Source: Diadema antillarum (taxonomy: Eukaryota). Taken from it: 64,000 nucleotides of DNA. A model generated the notes under the pieces. That model was not told the DNA's origin and did no database searches. It worked only from the letters and a program-made list of their open reading frames with translations. Each line of letters opens with the position of its first letter. The first letter of the stretch is position 1. Shown in pieces: positions 62,702 through 64,000 of the stretch. The DNA lies in NCBI RefSeq assembly GCF_040938485.1, contig NW_027270890.1:6572001-6636000 (forward strand), written 5' to 3'. The position numbers were made by a program, and so were the translations under genes.

Positions 62702-64000
62702 CATCAGGTTAGTCTAAACTTGTTAAAAAGATAGAAATGACCATAGAATGTAGAAATGTTGAAGTACAAATGGTGGTATGGAATGGTTTATCAGACTTGG
62801 TTAAATATGATGTTGATACAGTTATTCTGTTTTAAGTTTGTGTAACCGTTTTAATTTGAGCTTACAGCTATATACTCTGCAAGAGGAAGCTGAAATCACT
62901 ATCACAGCATGACTGTCGGGCCAGATATCACTTTACACACGTGTGTGAAAGGAACATATCGCATGAATTACCTTGATTTATAGAAGTCTGCACCAGGTAG
63001 AATTAACTACATTATACTTGGAGTATTAACTTGTGTAAGTGCACTCCTTACATGCAAACTCTCCATTATCTCGTTGGCTCGTAGATATCACTAAAGAAGG
63101 ACTTGGCGAAGTGCAGCGATGGGCCCTTAGAACGAATTTTTGCATTCATTCATCAATACCAGCTGAATAAAAGGTAACACATACTTAAAAAGTGTCTGCA
63201 TTAAACTCATCCAAGCTGTACAAACATGGAGCCATTTCTTACTGAACTCCCACTATGGAAGTGGAAAACTCGCAGAGTAATGTCTTAAGAAATAATTAAA
63301 ATTAAAGACCATTCTTTTAGAAAGTGGAACTTATCTACGAAGATGTCCAGAATTTTATTTCATTGAACTCGAGTGTCAACGGAGGTGAAAAACAATCGTT
63401 TGGACTCACTTGTCCAGGGGTACATGAGGTGTATAGGGAAATGATGGCATAATTATTGATATTGTACAAGAGAAACGAAATGGTGTGAACTTGTTTGCGA
63501 GTCTTTATTTAATTTTCTGCTTCTCGCCAAGTTTGATTAATTCATATCCCCCCCAAAAAAAAACAAACAAAAAAAAAAAAAAAAAAAAAACCACCCACAT
63601 TCTTCAATGATCTATGCATGCCAGCTTAAACCTCCGCAGGTAATAATGCTTTGTCCTATACCTGTGTCTGAAGTTACCATATGGTGCATGTTGGTTTTGT
63701 CGTCAACCAATTATTGTACCAATTATGAACATTCAAAAAACTGATTCATTCTAATACAAACTTCAGAAACTGATCGCGCTTAGATATAAGGTTCGTATAA
63801 TGGATGACGATACAGTTGGTGCAAGACACTGTATAACATCCGCAAAACAACAACAACAAAACCACCACCACCACCAACAACAACATAATGATGATAGTTT
63901 GATGTTCCCTCTTTATAAAAAAAAACCCGACATAAAACATGTAGAGAGAGAGAGAGAGAGAGAGAGGAGATAGAATTAGGTGTTGGATATAGATATTTCA

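Larger units (their letters stand above)
540..63966. repeat. Scattered simple repeats: (GT/CA)n at ~540, 3001, 10017, 11539, 18709, 23545, 24758, 55894; (TA)n at 9680, 24998; (GA/CT)n at 20334, 36287, 40139, 44487, 63945; (AAAC)n at 32234
   Basis: Directly visible tandem runs. Confidence 0.95.
58363..64000 (+). repeat. Segmental duplication unit B (promoter, intron, GPCR4, downstream flank); runs to the window edge
   Basis: Homologous to 49628-55035. Confidence 0.92.

Overview
AT-rich animal genomic DNA with five short N gaps. An echinoderm, probably a sea urchin, is inferred from the repeat families and the expanded single-coding-exon GPCRs; this is not proven. Contents from left to right: (1) the first four coding exons of the PP2A scaffold A subunit on the minus strand, with exon sizes 91/101/233 nt matching human PPP2R1A as I recall them, running off the left edge. 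(2) A plus-strand cluster of four orphan class-A GPCRs (19083, 43175, 51335, 60577). Each has a conserved NRF1-like/TATA-like promoter, a ~80-nt non-coding first exon and a conserved splice acceptor. Copies 3 and 4 lie in a tandem segmental duplication, and copy 4 is a sequence mosaic of copies 2 and 3. (3) Between GPCR1 and GPCR2, on the minus strand, a three-exon gene that the ORF track does not assemble. It encodes a 326-aa secreted protein with a signal peptide, a divergent Kazal-like Cys domain and a Q/R/G/N/H-rich disordered tail built on a cryptic 10-aa repeat. (4) A near-perfect 384-bp palindrome carrying a degenerate hammerhead-like motif in the predicted GPCR1 intron. (5) Many non-autonomous transposons (Kolobok-, Harbinger-, CACTA-, pogo- and Helentron/HINE-like), an L1/Tx1 remnant and microsatellites. 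No prokaryotic systems, rRNA, tRNA or CRISPR arrays were seen. All alignments and counts were done by eye.
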